NCBI GenBank assembly: GCA_000175855.1
Contig: ACYB01000011.1
Location: 39,801-71,800, forward strand
Reading direction: 5' to 3'
Origin: Raphidiopsis brookii D9
GTDB taxonomy: Bacteria > Cyanobacteriota > Cyanobacteriia > Cyanobacteriales > Nostocaceae
DNA length: 32,000 bases
The first letter of the stretch is position 1; each line of letters opens with the position of its first letter. Below the pieces are notes generated by a model that ran no database searches, was not told the DNA's origin, and saw only the letters and a list, made by a program, of their open reading frames with translations. Positions 29,627-32,000 of this stretch are shown here, in pieces. The translations under genes were made by a program, and so were the position numbers.

Positions 29627-30982
29627 ATGTTCTTATTGGGATTTCTTCTGGGTTTGGCAGTCGGTTTTGGTTTTTGGCTTTGGCAACAATTTCAACTTAA
29701 CAGCCATTTAGAGCAGTTAACCCAACCCTTAAACCCCCACGCCGAAAAGATATTATTACCCCTATTAGCTGGATTACATCGTAAAATATCTACCGTTAGA
29801 GATGAGCAACAAAACTTACGCTTGTCACTCAAAGCTTATGAACAGTTGCTGGATGCTGCGCCTTTGGGATATTTACAAGTAGATGAAGAAAACCAACTAC
29901 TATGGTGTAATCAGTGCGCGCGGGAAATGCTGTATTTACAAAGATGGCAACCGGGTCAAGTGCGCCTCCTGCTGGAATTAGTGAGATCCTATGAACTGGA
30001 TCAGTTAATTGAACAAACCCGGGATTGGCAAAAACCACAAATGCAAGAGTGGATTTTTCACCCTTCCCGAGATCATGGTCAGGGTATTTTAGAATTAAAG
30101 CCATTGTCTTTAGCAGCTAACAGTTTTCCCCTACCGGGGGGACAGGTGGGTGTATTTCTAGAAAGTCACCAACAATTCGTAGACATTAATCAGCAACGTG
30201 ACCGCTCTTTTTCTGACCTGGCCCATGAACTGAGAACACCTCTGACTTCCATTCGTCTAGTCGCAGAAACCCTGCAAACTCGATTAGATCCTCCTCTGAA
30301 CCGTTGGGTTGTCCGCTTGATGCAAGAGGTTGACAGACTAATTAATTTAGTCCAAAACTGGTTAGACCTGACCCAGATGGAAATAACCTCCTCCATACAA
30401 CTAAATTTGGAAATGCTAGAAGTCCGCTCCCTAATTTTTTCAGTCTGGGAGAATTTAGAGCCCCTAGCCGCTAATCAGCATCTTAGTATTTCTTACTCTG
30501 GTCCAGAAAAGGTCTATACATGTGCTGATAAGTCCCGGATTTATCAAGTATTTCTTAATCTGTTAGATAACTGTATTAAATACAGCAACCTCAACAGTAC
30601 CATTTTGATTGAAATCAATCCAGTTTCTGGGGAGAAGTCTATTATTAATGGGGTTGACGGAGAAATAAGTACAATATTAAACCAAGTATCAAATCAAGTT
30701 TTAGAAATTAACATCATTGATTCCGGGGTTGGATTTGCTCCCGTAGATCTACCCTATGTCTTTCAAAGATTTTATCGGGGGGACAAAGCTAGACACCACG
30801 AGTCACGCTCTGAGAATGAAACGGTAGAAATTACTGGTAGTGGTTTAGGTTTATCCATTGTCCGCCAAATAATTATAGCTCATGGTGGCAAAATCAGGGC
30901 CATGAACCATCCTGATACCGGTGGTGCTTGGATACAAATTCATCTTCCCCAGATGGTTCAACATGATAGCAGATATTTGTGA
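29627..30982 (+). CDS. sphS: PhoR/SphS-like sensor histidine kinase
   Basis: N-terminal hydrophobic segment, PAS-like region, H-box DLAHELRTPLTSIRLVAETL, N-box NLLDNCIKYSN and G-box GSGLGLSIVRQI. Confidence 0.88.
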   Translation: MFLLGFLLGLAVGFGFWLWQQFQLNSHLEQLTQPLNPHAEKILLPLLAGLHRKISTVRDEQQNLRLSLKAYEQLLDAAPLGYLQVDEENQLLWCNQCAREMLYLQRWQPGQVRLLLELVRSYELDQLIEQTRDWQKPQMQEWIFHPSRDHGQGILELKPLSLAANSFPLPGGQVGVFLESHQQFVDINQQRDRSFSDLAHELRTPLTSIRLVAETLQTRLDPPLNRWVVRLMQEVDRLINLVQNWLDLTQMEITSSIQLNLEMLEVRSLIFSVWENLEPLAANQHLSISYSGPEKVYTCADKSRIYQVFLNLLDNCIKYSNLNSTILIEINPVSGEKSIINGVDGEISTILNQVSNQVLEINIIDSGVGFAPVDLPYVFQRFYRGDKARHHESRSENETVEITGSGLGLSIVRQIIIAHGGKIRAMNHPDTGGAWIQIHLPQMVQHDSRYL

Positions 30983-31029
30983 ATCAAGACTATAATAGCT
31001 AGAAATATATTAAACCCGAGATTAAAAAT

Positions 31030-31695
31030 ATGAAAGCTGTTGTGAAATATACAGTTTTTGAAAAACCTCAGCTTATACGTGCCATTAAAAGACTGGAACG
31101 AGATATTTTACGTATGGGTGCTTTAGTAGAGCAGTCATTCCGTCTGAGTCACCAAGCCTTATTTAATCGAGATTTAACAGCAGCTGAGCAAATACGCCGA
31201 TTAGACAAAAAAATTGACCGATTTTACAGACAAATAGAAGTAGACTGTGCTTCAATTATGAGCAGTCAAGCTCCTACAGAGCAAGAATCTCGTTGTTTAA
31301 GCTCATTTATGCAATTGGTTAGAGATTTAGAACGTATTGGGGACTATGCCAAAGATTTGGCAGAAATAGCAATGAAAATATTTCCCTACCCCCCCCATCC
31401 CACTTTGGGGGAGGTTGCTATTATGTCCGATCATGCCCAATCTATGTTGGCTATCAGCCTAGTAGCTTTAGCGGATTTGGATGAGATTAGTGGTAGAAGG
31501 ATTAAATTATTGGATGACACAGTAGATGATGCTTACAAAAAGTTATATCGTAATTTGGCGCAGCAGAAAGACGTTCCTGGGATAGTGGAGCCCATTTTAC
31601 TATTAACATTAGCAATTCAGTGTTTAGAGAGAATGGCAGATCATGCTACTAATATTGGTCAAAGGGTAGCATACATTGTCACAGGGCAAAGGTAA
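31030..31695 (+). CDS. phoU: Phosphate signalling complex protein PhoU
   Basis: 221 aa helical protein with two PhoU repeats (RLERDILRMGALVEQ...VRDLERIGDYAKDLAEIA; LAIQCLERMADHATNIGQRVAYIVTG). Confidence 0.93.
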   Translation: MKAVVKYTVFEKPQLIRAIKRLERDILRMGALVEQSFRLSHQALFNRDLTAAEQIRRLDKKIDRFYRQIEVDCASIMSSQAPTEQESRCLSSFMQLVRDLERIGDYAKDLAEIAMKIFPYPPHPTLGEVAIMSDHAQSMLAISLVALADLDEISGRRIKLLDDTVDDAYKKLYRNLAQQKDVPGIVEPILLLTLAIQCLERMADHATNIGQRVAYIVTGQR

Positions 31696-32000
31696 ACCAG
31701 AATACCCTCGGGAAGGGGGTTTTTAAAAACTCTCCTCCTGGTAGAGTCATCTCTCAACCGACTCTCACAGTTTTTCAAATCGGCGTTGCATATTTGCGGG
31801 ATGATTTAAGATTTTCTCCTAATTTGAAAAATTTCTCTTGTAGGACGATTGCGAAGCCCTCGCGAGATTACATTATTAATAAAACCCTGATAGTCACCCC
31901 CAACTTATTGCAGAAAAACTTTTTTCTCTTAGGTAATAAATTAGTAGCTTAATTGAAAAGCATAGCATCTCTTTTGACTTGGAATAACAAAATGTCTTGA

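Noticed and set aside
29467-30396. ORFs at 29467 (+), 29829 (-) and 30190 (-)
   Set aside because: The last two are antisense to the histidine kinase. The first is a short spacer or overlap ORF without a TM or domain pattern.
1-32000. Search for CRISPR arrays, toxin-antitoxin pairs, retrons, defence islands and IS elements
   Set aside because: No regularly spaced repeats, transposase, reverse transcriptase, Cas or typical toxin-antitoxin ORFs were recognised anywhere in the window.

Overview
This 32 kb window looks like ordinary chromosome from a filamentous (Nostocales-type) cyanobacterium. GCGATCGC (HIP1) palindromes and cyanobacterial gene families support that. In order it carries: the 3' end of a response-regulator or hybrid-kinase gene; a minus-strand Rrf2 regulator / cbiB / pyrR group; a cyAbrB-type regulator; a ClC channel with CBS domains; a small zinc-ribbon membrane protein; a two-ended membrane protein of unknown function; a large serine-recombinase homolog whose catalytic motif looks lost; a four-gene ABC transporter that resembles bicarbonate (cmpABCD) more than nitrate (nrtABCD); exoD-like; uppP; a DUF512/radical-SAM-like protein; an ArsA-like ATPase; DUF2358; an ABC ATPase and permease pair; a VWA protein; bioY; lspA; an FHA-containing class A PBP; csaB-like; a DUF3593/DUF2499 pair; tRNA-Ser(GCT); hisA; and phoB(sphR)/phoR(sphS)/phoU. 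I see no CRISPR array, intact transposon, prophage or clear new defence system. The strongest anomaly is that six apparent single-base frameshifts, five clearly in or next to short homopolymers, interrupt five otherwise conserved genes: cyAbrB 5' end, the membrane protein at 5903-7415, the ABC permease, bioY (twice), and the PBP N-terminus. Other points of interest are the degenerate recombinase, a tight cluster of hairpins at 5724-5787, and an A discriminator base on tRNA-Ser. All family names come from recognising sequence motifs by eye; no database search was run.
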